Positions 9,211 through 18,751 are shown, counted from the first letter of the stretch. The stretch is DNA of 64,000 bases from Pseudomonadota bacterium (GCA_038534155.1 JBCAXH010000006.1:50829-114828); one strand, 5' to 3'. The notes: generated from the sequence alone by a model not told the origin. A program made the numbers and translations.

Positions 9211-10461
9211 TCAGAAGTAGTAGGAGAAGCGGGCGTAGATCTGCTTCGCCGTCTCCCGGTTTTCGTAGGCGGAACCCGGCTTGAAGAGGCTAAGACCCAG
9301 CTCGGCCTTGGACTGTTTCGTCGGTCGCCAGGCGCCCACGACGCTCGCCTCGACGCCGAGGAAACGGGAACGCCCGGTGGTCTCGCCGCTCACGCGGGCT
9401 TCCTGCGTTCCGGCCATGATCTCGGTCTGCGCATAGGCGTGAGCGGTGAGGTCGAGCGAGAACATCCTGGAGGGACGCAGGCCAAGCGCGGCGGTGGCGA
9501 CGGCGATATTCGTCAGCTCGGGCTGATAGACGTAGCCAAAGCGATGGAACTGCGTCTGACCGCGGTCATAAGTTTTGTGGCTTTCGACGCCGGTCTGCTT
9601 GAAACCCTTGGAAGCGGCGGCGAGGCCGAGCGTAAGCTGCGGTTTCAGCTCGTGGTCGGAAAGCTGCTTGATCACGCGGACGTCCGCCGCGACGCCGAAC
9701 GGCTGATCGTTCGCCGCATCGCCAAGCGTGACGCCGGCGCTCATCGTGTAGGACAGCGTGTCGGAGACTTTGTCGCTCCAGTAGCCGGCGAGGTGCGCTC
9801 GTTCTTCGCCGTCGTCGCTCTCGAGAATGGCGACGCCGCCGAGCATCTCCGTCTCGGAGAACCGGGAGACATGGGCCAGCGCATAGCGGCCGTCGTCGTC
9901 ATAGGTTCCGGCGAACGCGGCGAGGTCGACTGTGAAGTCCTCCCCCTTGAAGCCGTAGTGAACGCCGTCGACGGACGCATCCGTCGACCAGCGCAGGGCG
10001 TCGGAAAACCGCATGCGGCCGGCCGATACCGTCGAGCGTTCGGAGATGCGCGCCGCCCCGACGATCTCTTTCTTGTGGATCTTGTCGATCGTGTAGCCGC
10101 TCTTGTGCGTCTCGCGTTCGGTCAGTTCGGCTTCGAGATGAGCGAACCCGACGAGCCGGTCGGTCGGCTCGATGCGCGCCGTCAGGCCGAGATAGGCGGA
10201 GTATTTGTCCGAGAAATCGTCGGCGCCGTCGTCGAGACGCAGGTTGCGCTCGCCCGAATAGCGGACGGAGGCGTAGGCGCCGAACTGCGCCCAATCGGTC
10301 AGCTCATGTTTCGTCTTCTTGCGCTTGTCGATGTCGAAGATCGGCGCGCCGAGGTATTTCGTCTTGCCTCCGGCGACCGCGTGATCGCCAAAGCCGGCGA
10401 AAGCGATGGCAAGAGCGGCGAGCGTAAGGCGCGTTGCGCTGGCGTTGGTTCGCGTCTGCAT
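9211..10461 (-). CDS. AlgE-like outer-membrane export beta-barrel
   Basis: Start moved to ATG at 10461 (MQTRTN). Signal peptide, alternating beta-strand pattern, YQPELTNI motif, C-terminal aromatic ARFSYYF; first gene of the alg unit. Confidence 0.7.
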   Translation of the reverse strand: MQTRTNASATRLTLAALAIAFAGFGDHAVAGGKTKYLGAPIFDIDKRKKTKHELTDWAQFGAYASVRYSGERNLRLDDGADDFSDKYSAYLGLTARIEPTDRLVGFAHLEAELTERETHKSGYTIDKIHKKEIVGAARISERSTVSAGRMRFSDALRWSTDASVDGVHYGFKGEDFTVDLAAFAGTYDDDGRYALAHVSRFSETEMLGGVAILESDDGEERAHLAGYWSDKVSDTLSYTMSAGVTLGDAANDQPFGVAADVRVIKQLSDHELKPQLTLGLAAASKGFKQTGVESHKTYDRGQTQFHRFGYVYQPELTNIAVATAALGLRPSRMFSLDLTAHAYAQTEIMAGTQEARVSGETTGRSRFLGVEASVVGAWRPTKQSKAELGLSLFKPGSAYENRETAKQIYARFSYYF

Positions 10462-10720
10462 GTCGGCCTCCCACGGCTCGTTTCGGTGGGAGGGTTGTCG
10501 CGAATGGGCCGCGCAGCCGCTATTTCGCAAAGGCCTAAGGCGAATGGGGAAGGGGTACCGTCGCTATCCCTTTGGGTAGTTCGCCGACAGAAGGGCTAAT
10601 CTGGGGCCCATGACCGGCGATGCAAAAGCGGGACTTCTTCGCTTTGCTGGGAAACTCCGGTGCTGACGTCGCCTCCAATGCATCGTCCGGATCGAAGCGT
10701 CGCCGTCTCGCCGCGCAACG

Positions 10721-10763
10721 AAAAGGCCGACGGCTGGAGACTTTGGTCTCCGGCCGCCGGCCT
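10721..10763 (-). terminator. Intrinsic terminator of the DUF1127 gene
   Basis: Minus strand AGGCCGGCGGCCGGAGAC-CAAA-GTCTCCAGCCGTCGGCCT-TTT. Confidence 0.75.
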
Positions 10764-10791
10764 GGTCAGGGATCGAGAAGAGGCGCGCGGT

Positions 10792-11013
10792 TCAGGCGGA
10801 GCGCTTGGTCCACCAGAACGGCTTCCACGTCTCGCGCTTCACGTCCGCGTCCGACAGGCCGAGGTCGTCGAGACGGCTCAGGCCCATCTCGCGAAGCGCC
10901 CGACGCTCGCGCATGACCGCGGTCCAGACGAAGAAGCGGTTGGCCGCCGCCGCGATCAGCGCGGAGGAGGAGGGAAGCCGGCCGACGACCGGCGCGTGAG
11001 AGATATACGCCAT
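10792..11013 (-). CDS. DUF1127 family small protein (73 aa)
   Basis: RERRALREM..SRLDDLGLS..DV.RE..KPFW pattern. Confidence 0.85.
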   Translation of the reverse strand: MAYISHAPVVGRLPSSSALIAAAANRFFVWTAVMRERRALREMGLSRLDDLGLSDADVKRETWKPFWWTKRSA

Positions 11014-11109
11014 GGGTCACTCCATCAGGATATCGGATCGTTTGATCCTGTTTCATCATTCTGCTTGATTGATATGGAGGATCGTGGTCCATTCTTGAAA
11101 CGAATAGAT

Positions 11110-11122
11110 TTGATCCGATCAA
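11110..11122. promoter_or_regulatory. LysR-type T-N11-A recognition site
   Basis: Perfect dyad TTGATC-C-GATCAA between the divergent DUF1127 and LysR genes. Confidence 0.6.
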
Positions 11123-11136
11123 TCAGGGAGTGTGAT

Positions 11137-12015
11137 ATGCCGCGCAATCTCGACATCACCGCCTTGCGGAGCTTCACCGCCGTCGCGGACGAGGGGAAAG
11201 TCACCGCCGCCGCCGCCCGGCTGAACCTGACGCAGAGCGCCGTCTCCATGCAGCTCAAGCGGCTGGAGGAGGCGCTGAACCAACCGCTCTTCGATCGTTC
11301 CGGGCGCGGCATTGCGCTGACGGCGGAGGGAGAGCTGCTTCTTGGCTACGCCCGCCGGATGATCGCGCTCAACGACGAGATATGGACGCGGATGACGGAT
11401 GAGCAGTTCGAGGGGGAGCTGACCTTCGGCGTCCCGCACGACATCGTCTATCCGCATGTTCCGGTAGTTCTCCGCCGCTTCGCCCGCGAGTTTCCGCGGG
11501 TGAAAGTCACCTTGAACTCCACTTTCACCACCGCCCTGAAATCCGATCTGGAGCGAGGACGCGCGGACCTGATCCTGACGACGGAGAAAGAGACGCCGCC
11601 CGGCGCCGAGGTGCTGGAGCAATCGCAGCTCGTCTGGATCGGCGCCTTGCAGGGCGAGGCGTGGAAGAGCCGTCCGTTGAAGCTCGCCTATGAGCGGGCC
11701 TGCATCTTCCGCCCCATCGTGCAGTCGGCGCTGGATGACGCGGGAATCCCGTGGGAGATGGCGGTGGATTCCGAGATGACCCGCTCCGTGGAGGCGACTG
11801 TCTCCGCCGATCTCGCCATTCACAGCCAGATCGAAGCGGCGGTGCCGCCTTATTTCGAGGTGATCGACCATGGCGGCGCGCTGCCGTCGCTTTCCGCGAT
11901 CCGGATCAACATGTATCTGGCCGACGGCCCGAAGCGGCCGATGATCGAACGGCTCGCCACACTCGTGCGGGAGGCTTACGGGGTCAGCGGCGGGATGAAG
12001 CTGGCGGCTGAATAG
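11137..12015 (+). CDS. LysR family transcriptional regulator
   Basis: Start moved to ATG at 11137 (MPRNLD), RBS GGGAG; HTH AAAARLNLTQSAVSMQLKRLEE, LFDRSGRG. Confidence 0.95.
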   Translation: MPRNLDITALRSFTAVADEGKVTAAAARLNLTQSAVSMQLKRLEEALNQPLFDRSGRGIALTAEGELLLGYARRMIALNDEIWTRMTDEQFEGELTFGVPHDIVYPHVPVVLRRFAREFPRVKVTLNSTFTTALKSDLERGRADLILTTEKETPPGAEVLEQSQLVWIGALQGEAWKSRPLKLAYERACIFRPIVQSALDDAGIPWEMAVDSEMTRSVEATVSADLAIHSQIEAAVPPYFEVIDHGGALPSLSAIRINMYLADGPKRPMIERLATLVREAYGVSGGMKLAAE

Positions 12016-12054
12016 ACGCTCCGTTCGGGGTTCGAAGCTGGGGCCGGGCCTTAC

Positions 12055-12597
12055 TCACCCCTTCTTCTTTTTAGGCTTCTTCTTCTGCGTCAGAAAATCC
12101 GAAATCCCGGCGCCGAGCTTGAAGAGCGACTTCCACGGACCGCGGGGCAAAGTCTTCATCTGCTCCGCCCAGTCATGGCCCGCCGTGGCGAGGTCGGCGT
12201 AGGCCGCGACGCGATTTCGCCCCGGCCCCTTCGGCAGCGACTTGGAGGCGTCGACGAGCGCGTGCATCGCCCGGTCGTATTCCCGCGCCTTCCGCTCGAT
12301 GGCGATGGCGGTCGCGGCCTCCCACGGGTCTTCGATCGCTTCGAAGTATTCTTTCCGATCACCCGGTTTCGGCGCCGTCCGCACCACCCCGAATGCGCCG
12401 AGCGCGCGAATGGACGTGGAGACGTTGGATCGCGCGATGCCGAGGCTCGACGCGATCTCATCGGCGTTCATGGGCTTGTCCGAACAAAGCAGGAGCGCAT
12501 GGATCTGCGCGGCGCCGCGCGGCAGGCCCCAGTACTTCCCAAACTCGCCCCAACGGGCGATGAAGGCGGCGGTGGCGGGTTCGATCTCGTCGCTCAT
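12055..12597 (-). CDS. GbsR/MarR family transcriptional regulator
   Basis: FIARWGEFGKYWGLPR, ADEIASSLGIARSNVSTSIRAL, GDRKEYFEA. Confidence 0.85.
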   Translation of the reverse strand: MSDEIEPATAAFIARWGEFGKYWGLPRGAAQIHALLLCSDKPMNADEIASSLGIARSNVSTSIRALGAFGVVRTAPKPGDRKEYFEAIEDPWEAATAIAIERKAREYDRAMHALVDASKSLPKGPGRNRVAAYADLATAGHDWAEQMKTLPRGPWKSLFKLGAGISDFLTQKKKPKKKKG

Positions 12598-12816
12598 GGG
12601 CGGGAGGCTAGCCAGCGAGCGCCGTCATGAAAACCCGCTTGCGCCAGGAACCCGCCGGTCGCGACGTTTGTTCCCGGTCGGAAACAGCCCGCGCCTAACG
12701 GAAATGCGAAGCGGCGTTTTTGGGACAGGCCGCGTCGATTCCGGACCTCGCCGCGCGCCGCGCCCGCGTTACGCCGCGTTGAATACCGTCGCATGCGATC
12801 TGGGGAGGAGCCGAAC

Positions 12817-14493
12817 GTGGCGCATAAAACAGACATCGAAATCGCCCGCGAAGCGAACAAGAAGCCGATCCAGGAGATCGGCGACAGGCTCGGCATTCCG
12901 ACCGAGCACCTGCTGCCCTACGGCCACGACAAGGCGAAAGTCTCCGCCGAGTTCATCAAGGCGCAGAAATCGAAGGACGACGGGAACCTGATCCTGGTGA
13001 CCGCGATCAACCCGACCCCTGCGGGCGAGGGGAAGACGACGACGACGGTCGGTCTCGGCGACGGTTTGAACCGCATCGGCAAGAACGCGATGGTCTGCAT
13101 CCGCGAAGCCTCCCTCGGCCCGAACTTCGGGATGAAGGGCGGCGCGGCGGGCGGCGGCTACGCCCAGGTCGTCCCGATGGAGGAGATGAACCTCCACTTC
13201 ACCGGCGACTTCCACGCGATCACCTCGGCGCACTCGCTGCTCTCCGCGATGATCGACAACCACATCTACTGGGGCAACGCGGCTGAGATCGACACCCGCC
13301 GCGTCGTCTGGCGCCGGGTCGTCGACATGAACGACCGCGCGCTCCGTCAGATCACCGCCTCGCTCGGCGGCGTCTCCAACGGCTTCCCGCGGGAGACCGG
13401 CTTCGACATCACCGTGGCCTCCGAGGTTATGGCGATCCTCTGCCTCGCGGACGATCTGGCCGATCTTGAAAAGCGCCTCGGAGACATCATCGTCGCCTAC
13501 CGCCGCGACCGCTCGCCGGTCTATTGCCGCGACATCAAGGCCGAAGGCGCGATGGCCGTTCTCCTGAAGGACGCGATGCAGCCGAACCTCGTGCAGACGC
13601 TGGAGAACAACCCCGCCTTCGTCCATGGCGGCCCGTTCGCCAACATCGCCCACGGCTGCAACTCCGTCGTCGCCACCAAAACGGCGCTGAAGCTCGCCGA
13701 CTACGTGGTGACGGAGGCCGGCTTCGGCGCCGACCTCGGCGCGGAGAAGTTCCTCAACATCAAATGCCGCAAGGCGGGCATCGCGCCCAAAGCGGTCGTC
13801 ATCGTCGCCACCGTGCGCGCGATGAAGATGAACGGCGGGGTGGCGAAAGCCGATCTCGGGAACGAGAACGTGGACGCCGTCAAATCCGGCTGCGCCAACC
13901 TCGGCCGCCACATCGAGAACATCGCCAAGTTCGGCGTCCCCGCCGTCGTCGCGATCAACCACTTCGTCACCGACACCGACGCCGAAGTGCAGGCGGTGAA
14001 GGACTACGTCGCCTCCATGGGCGCCGAAGCCGTGCTCTGCCAGCACTGGGCGAAGGGCGGCGAGGGCACCGAAGAACTCGCGAACAAGGTCGTCGAGATC
14101 ATCGACAGCGGGAAGGCCGCCTACAAGCCGCTCTACCCGGACGAGATGGGCCTCGCCGCCAAGATCGAGACGATCGCGAAAGAGATCTACCGCGCCGAAG
14201 ACGTCGCGATGGACAAGAAGGTGCTCGACCAGCTCAAGCAGTGGGAAGACGCGGGCTACGGCGATCTGCCGGTCTGCATGGCGAAGACGCAGTACTCTTT
14301 CTCCACCGACCCGAACGAGCGGGGCGCGCCCACCGGCCATTCGATCCCGGTGCGCGAAGTGCGTCTCTCCGCCGGCGCCGGCTTCATCGTCGCGATCTGC
14401 GGAGAGATCATGACCATGCCGGGCCTGCCCCGCACCCCGGCGGCGGAGAGCATCCGCCTCAACGAAGAAGGCGAGATCGAAGGCTTGTTCTGA
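12817..14493 (+). CDS. fhs: Formate--tetrahydrofolate ligase
   Basis: GTG start after GGAGGAG; [60 protein letters not shown]. Confidence 0.97.
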   Translation: MAHKTDIEIAREANKKPIQEIGDRLGIPTEHLLPYGHDKAKVSAEFIKAQKSKDDGNLILVTAINPTPAGEGKTTTTVGLGDGLNRIGKNAMVCIREASLGPNFGMKGGAAGGGYAQVVPMEEMNLHFTGDFHAITSAHSLLSAMIDNHIYWGNAAEIDTRRVVWRRVVDMNDRALRQITASLGGVSNGFPRETGFDITVASEVMAILCLADDLADLEKRLGDIIVAYRRDRSPVYCRDIKAEGAMAVLLKDAMQPNLVQTLENNPAFVHGGPFANIAHGCNSVVATKTALKLADYVVTEAGFGADLGAEKFLNIKCRKAGIAPKAVVIVATVRAMKMNGGVAKADLGNENVDAVKSGCANLGRHIENIAKFGVPAVVAINHFVTDTDAEVQAVKDYVASMGAEAVLCQHWAKGGEGTEELANKVVEIIDSGKAAYKPLYPDEMGLAAKIETIAKEIYRAEDVAMDKKVLDQLKQWEDAGYGDLPVCMAKTQYSFSTDPNERGAPTGHSIPVREVRLSAGAGFIVAICGEIMTMPGLPRTPAAESIRLNEEGEIEGLF

Positions 14494-14574
14494 CGATCAC
14501 GTTTCGCGGCGCCGCGCTTCCCTCACCGCGCGGCGCCGCTTAGCGTGCTCTCGTTTTCAACAGGGAGCCTATCC

Positions 14575-15051
14575 ATGCGTCTTCTCGCGATCCTCGCCGC
14601 CGTCCTGATCTCCGTCTCCGCCGCCCGCGCGAGCGACGATCATATCGGCTATTATCACCCCGAGATCACCTCGGAGGAGACGTTCGCCCGCGTCATCGCC
14701 GCTGCGCCTCCCGCCAACGCCGCGATCCGCTCCGGCTTCGTCACCTCGATCACCAAGGCGCAGCTCGCCGCCCCCGAAAGCCCGCGTTTCGTGCTGACTG
14801 AGAAGGGCGACGCTTCCGACAAGCTGATCATCGTGGCGCTCGACGACGACGTCTTCTCCACGCTCTACCGCGCCCGCGCCGTCTTGAGCCAGCTCAGCTC
14901 CAACTTCCGCGGCACCGACTTTTTCATCCAGCAGGACCTGCAGGTCGAAGGCACCTTTTTCGACATGCTCCAGATCATGCAGTTCAAGTCCCTCGTCATC
15001 ACCGACGGGGAGACCTGGGCGCACCGCGTCAACTTCGCGCCGGAGGGGTAG
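14575..15051 (+). CDS. Secreted hypothetical protein
   Basis: RBS GGGAG then ATG 14575; cleavable signal peptide, HIGYYHPE, C-terminal SDG-like ITDGETWAHRV; strong GC3 bias. Confidence 0.7.
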   Translation: MRLLAILAAVLISVSAARASDDHIGYYHPEITSEETFARVIAAAPPANAAIRSGFVTSITKAQLAAPESPRFVLTEKGDASDKLIIVALDDDVFSTLYRARAVLSQLSSNFRGTDFFIQQDLQVEGTFFDMLQIMQFKSLVITDGETWAHRVNFAPEG

Positions 15052-15059
15052 AGCGCGAG

Positions 15060-15521
15060 ATGACGCATGAGGCCTGGGTCGACTGGACGCTGGATGCGGG
15101 CGCCGATATGCCCGCGGGGCGCTACTCGCGCGTCCACCGCATCCGCTTCGACGGCGGCGCTGAGGTGGCGGGCGCGCCGTCCCCGTCCATCGTGCCGCCG
15201 CCCTGGTCCGACCCCGCCGCAGTGGACCCGGAGGAGGCCTTCGTCGCGTCCGTCTCCGCCTGCCACATGCTCTGGTTCCTCGACCTCGCCCGCTGCGGCG
15301 GGCTGACCGTCGCCGCTTATCGCGATCACGCGGTTGGCGAGATGGCGAAAAACGAGGCGGGAGAGCTGTGGGTCGCCCGTATCGCCCTTCGCCCCGAGAT
15401 CGGCTGGCCCGAAGGCGCCGCGCCGGCGCCGGGCGAGGTCGCGGCGCTGCATGACCGCGCCCACGCCAAGTGCTTCATCGCCAATTCGGTGAAAACCGAG
15501 ATCACCATCGCCCCCGCCTGA
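15060..15521 (+). CDS. OsmC/Ohr family protein
   Basis: [20 protein letters not shown] and [12 protein letters not shown] with the two conserved Cys. Confidence 0.9.
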   Translation: MTHEAWVDWTLDAGADMPAGRYSRVHRIRFDGGAEVAGAPSPSIVPPPWSDPAAVDPEEAFVASVSACHMLWFLDLARCGGLTVAAYRDHAVGEMAKNEAGELWVARIALRPEIGWPEGAAPAPGEVAALHDRAHAKCFIANSVKTEITIAPA

Positions 15522-15546
15522 CCGCGACCGCCTGAAAGGACATCCG

Positions 15547-16449
15547 ATGACCGCCCACCTGATCGACGGCAAAGCCTTCGCCGCCACCGTCCGCGAGAAA
15601 GTCGCCGCCGAGGTGGCCAAGCTCAAAGCGGATCACGGGATCACCCCCGGCCTTGCGGTCGTCCTCGTCGGCGAAGACCCGGCGAGCCAGGTCTACGTGC
15701 GCAACAAGGGCAAGCAGACCGTCGAGGTCGGCATGAACTCCTATGAGCACCGGCTCGACGCGACGACGGGCCAAGCGGAGCTAATGACCCTGATCGACGC
15801 GCTGAACCACGACCCCTCCGTCCACGGCATCCTCGTGCAGCTCCCGCTCCCCGGCCATCTGGACGAGGACGCGGTGATCAACGCCATCTCCCCGGCGAAG
15901 GACGCGGACGGCTTCCATATCTCCAATGTCGGACTCCTCGGCACCGGGCAGAAGTCCATGGTCCCCTGCACCCCGCTCGGCTGCCTGATGATGCTGCGCG
16001 ACCATCACGGGAGCCTCTCGGGCCTGAACGCCGTCGTCGTCGGGCGCTCCAACATCGTCGGCAAGCCGATGGCGAACCTCCTGCTGAAGGACAGCTGCAC
16101 CGTCACCATCGCCCACAGCCGCACCAAGGATATCGAAGCGGTTTGCCGTCAGGCCGACATCGTCGTCGCCGCCGTCGGGCGCCCCGAAATGGTGACCGGC
16201 GACTGGATCAAGCCGGGCGCCACGGTCATCGACGTCGGCATCAACCGCGTCCCCGCGCCCGAGAAGGGGGAGGGCAAGATGAAGCTCGTCGGCGACGTCG
16301 ACTTCGCCTCCGCCGCCGAGGTCGCCGGCGCGATCACGCCGGTCCCCGGCGGCGTCGGCCCGATGACCATCGCCTGCCTCCTCGCCAACACCCTCACCGC
16401 CTGTTGCCGGGCGAATGGATTGGCGGAGCCGGAGGGACTGACCGTCTGA
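15547..16449 (+). CDS. folD: Bifunctional methylenetetrahydrofolate dehydrogenase/cyclohydrolase
   Basis: [62 protein letters not shown]. Confidence 0.97.
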   Translation: MTAHLIDGKAFAATVREKVAAEVAKLKADHGITPGLAVVLVGEDPASQVYVRNKGKQTVEVGMNSYEHRLDATTGQAELMTLIDALNHDPSVHGILVQLPLPGHLDEDAVINAISPAKDADGFHISNVGLLGTGQKSMVPCTPLGCLMMLRDHHGSLSGLNAVVVGRSNIVGKPMANLLLKDSCTVTIAHSRTKDIEAVCRQADIVVAAVGRPEMVTGDWIKPGATVIDVGINRVPAPEKGEGKMKLVGDVDFASAAEVAGAITPVPGGVGPMTIACLLANTLTACCRANGLAEPEGLTV

Positions 16450-16480
16450 CTTCCTCTGACGGGCATGGTTAGCTGATCCC

Positions 16481-18136
16481 ATGTCCGTGCAGATCCTGAC
16501 CGCTGAAGCCTCCGCCCCCGTCCGCGCCTGCGCGGAGGGGCTGAGCTTCTGGGGCGGTGTCGATCCGGCGAGCGGAGAGATCATCGACACCCATCACCCG
16601 GATTGCGGCGCCAGCGTCGCGGGCCGCATCCTCCTCATGCCCACCTCGCGCGGCTCCTGCTCAGGCAGCGGCGTCCTTCTGGAACTGGCGCTGAACGGGC
16701 GCGCCCCCGCCGCCCTGATCTTCCGCGAAGCCGAAAGCGTCCTCACCCTCGGCGCCCTGATCGCGGCGGAGATGTTCGCTCGCCCGATCCCCGTCGCCCG
16801 CCTGTCGCCCGCCGACTTCGCCGCCCTCGCCTCCGCGCCCGAAGCGAGTATCGCGAAGGGCCGGATCGAAGCGCCCGGCCTCTCCATTCCGCTCGCTGCG
16901 CCCGAAGACGCGCTGCATCTCACCCCCGCCGACCGGGCCCTGCTCGCGGGCGACGACGGCGAGGCCGCCCAACTCGCCATGCGGGTCATTGCGGGCATGG
17001 CGCGGGCGGAGGGCGCGGCGCGTCTCACCGACGTCACCCGCGCCCATGTGGACGGCTGTATCCTCGCCAACGACGCCAACCTGATCTTCGCCGAAACCAT
17101 GCGGGAGCGCGGCGCGAAGCCCCGCGTCCCCACCACGATCAACGCGATCTCGGTGGACCGGGAGCGCTGGCGCGCGCAGGGAACCCCGCCGGATTTCGGC
17201 CTGAAGGCGCAGCGCCTCGCGGACGCCTACGTGGCGATGGGCGCCCGCCCCACCTTCACCTGCGCCCCCTACCAAGAGGACCCGCCCGGTTTCGGCGAAC
17301 GCATCGGCTGGTCGGAGAGCAACGCGGTAGTCTACGCTAACAGCGTCCTAGGCGCCCGCACCGCGAAACTGCCCGACTATCTCGACCTCTTCGTCGCCAT
17401 GACCGGCCGCGCGCCGGAGACCGGCCCCTACCTGACCGAAAACCGCGCGCCCCAGATCTCTCTGGAAGTCGATGCGCCGAAGGCCGCCGACGACGGCTTC
17501 TGGGGCCTCCTCGGCTGGCTCGCGGGCAAGGCCGTCCCGGACCGCATTCCCCTGATCGAAGGCGTCGCCCATCTCGCCCCGAGCGAAGACGACCTCCGCG
17601 CCCTTTGCGCCGCCTTCGGCGCAACTTCCGCCGCGTCTATGCTCCACGTCGCGGGCGCAACGCCCGAAGCCGATATGCCTCCCGCCGCCGATGCGAAGCG
17701 CATGAAAATCACCCGCGCCGATATCGCTGCGGGATGGAGCCGCCTCAATCAGGGTCCCGAAGAGATCGACCTCGTCGCCCTCGGCAGCCCCCACCTCTCC
17801 TTCGCTGAACTCCGGGCCTTCGCAGACCACCTCGCCGCCCCCGTCCAAACTGCCGTCATCGTCACCCTAAGCCGCGCCACCCGCGAGCGGGCGGCGAGCG
17901 AGGGCCTGATTGACCACCTTACGGCGCGCGGCGTCCGCTTCGCCGCCGATATCTGCTGGTGCTCGATCACCGAACCCGTTTTCCCGCCCGATGCCCGAAC
18001 GCTCATCACCAATTCCGGCAAATACGCCCACTACGCCCCCGGCCTTTCGGGCCGCGCCGTCCGCTACGGAAGCCTCGCCGCCTGCGCCGAAGCCGCCATG
18101 ACCGGCCTGGCGCCTAGCCCGCCCGCCTGGCTCTGA
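16481..18136 (+). CDS. Fused aconitase X (DUF126+DUF521), cis-3-hydroxy-L-proline dehydratase family
   Basis: LSFWGGVDP.SGEIID.HHP, GSCSGS, PTFTCAPY, WSESNAVVYANSVLGART, LGSPHLS, DICWC, ITNSGKYAHYAPG. Confidence 0.88.
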   Translation: MSVQILTAEASAPVRACAEGLSFWGGVDPASGEIIDTHHPDCGASVAGRILLMPTSRGSCSGSGVLLELALNGRAPAALIFREAESVLTLGALIAAEMFARPIPVARLSPADFAALASAPEASIAKGRIEAPGLSIPLAAPEDALHLTPADRALLAGDDGEAAQLAMRVIAGMARAEGAARLTDVTRAHVDGCILANDANLIFAETMRERGAKPRVPTTINAISVDRERWRAQGTPPDFGLKAQRLADAYVAMGARPTFTCAPYQEDPPGFGERIGWSESNAVVYANSVLGARTAKLPDYLDLFVAMTGRAPETGPYLTENRAPQISLEVDAPKAADDGFWGLLGWLAGKAVPDRIPLIEGVAHLAPSEDDLRALCAAFGATSAASMLHVAGATPEADMPPAADAKRMKITRADIAAGWSRLNQGPEEIDLVALGSPHLSFAELRAFADHLAAPVQTAVIVTLSRATRERAASEGLIDHLTARGVRFAADICWCSITEPVFPPDARTLITNSGKYAHYAPGLSGRAVRYGSLAACAEAAMTGLAPSPPAWL

Positions 18137-18142
18137 CCACCA

Positions 18143-18165
18143 CCTTCACGCTTCCCCAAATACTC
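18143..18165 (+). repeat. Dispersed intergenic repeat, copy 1
   Basis: CCTTCACGCTTCCCCAAATACTC; 19/23 identical to the reverse complement of 41355-41377. Confidence 0.65.
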
Positions 18166-18272
18166 AAAAAGCCGCGCAGCGGCTCCGTTTTTCGGCATAG
18201 CCGGAAAACGCCGGGCCCAACCAAGGCGATCGAAGATCGCCGCGGGCGGGAGACCTTGCTTTCCGCCGGGCG

Positions 18273-18623
18273 CTATCCTTTGGGCGCGATCCCCTTGTTC
18301 GCCGTCACCGCGAACGGGTTCTGGTAAAGCTGATCGTGGCTCTCGACGCCCACGTCGATCACGCAGTCCTCCGTGGGGCGCGCCACGCATAGAAGAATAT
18401 ACCCCGCCTGAGACTGCCGCTTGTTCAACGCCGTCCCCTTCGGCTGGCGCACCTTGCCGGAGATCATCTTCGCCGCGCAGGTGATGCAGCCGCCATAAGC
18501 GCAGGCGATGGGCAATTGCTCTCCCGCCGCCAGCGCCGCGTCGTAGATCGGCTCGTCCTCGGCGACGGAAAGGGCGACCCCCCGATTGCGGAGGGTCACC
18601 TGATGTCGCTTCGCGTCGTTCAC
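18273..18623 (-). CDS. Plant-type 2Fe-2S ferredoxin
   Basis: C-X4-C-X2-C (ACAYGGCITC) plus distal LLCVA; GTG start. Confidence 0.9.
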   Translation of the reverse strand: MNDAKRHQVTLRNRGVALSVAEDEPIYDAALAAGEQLPIACAYGGCITCAAKMISGKVRQPKGTALNKRQSQAGYILLCVARPTEDCVIDVGVESHDQLYQNPFAVTANKGIAPKG

Positions 18624-18748
18624 CGCCGGGCGAACCAGCGCGCGACGAGAGAGGCCCAGAATCCGCCTCCGGTTCGGGGCCGCCCCTCCCGCGCCTTGGC
18701 GACCTCAGCGGCCATCCGCGCGAGGTCGCCGCCATTGCAGCAGCTCAC
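18620..18748 (-). CDS. Putative 42-aa microprotein with N-terminal Cys-Cys (absent from the ORF track)
   Basis: Manual translation (M)SCCNGGDLARMAAEVAKAREGRPRTGGGFWASLVARWFARR*; GTG 3 nt after the SBP56 stop; TGA overlaps the ferredoxin GTG (GTGA). Confidence 0.55.
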   Translation of the reverse strand: MSCCNGGDLARMAAEVAKAREGRPRTGGGFWASLVARWFARR

Positions 18749-18751
18749 GCC

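Noticed and set aside
10600-10791. CcsR/cuckoo sRNA repeats downstream of DUF1127
   Set aside because: No CCUCCUCCC loops on the minus strand; a terminator follows the stop codon within about 30 nt.
12598-12816. ZMP/ZTP (pfl) riboswitch upstream of fhs
   Set aside because: GGTCGCGAC resembles the 5' end of the motif, but the following TGGCG and the 3' CGCCTGGG pseudoknot partner are missing. An Infernal search would be needed to settle it.
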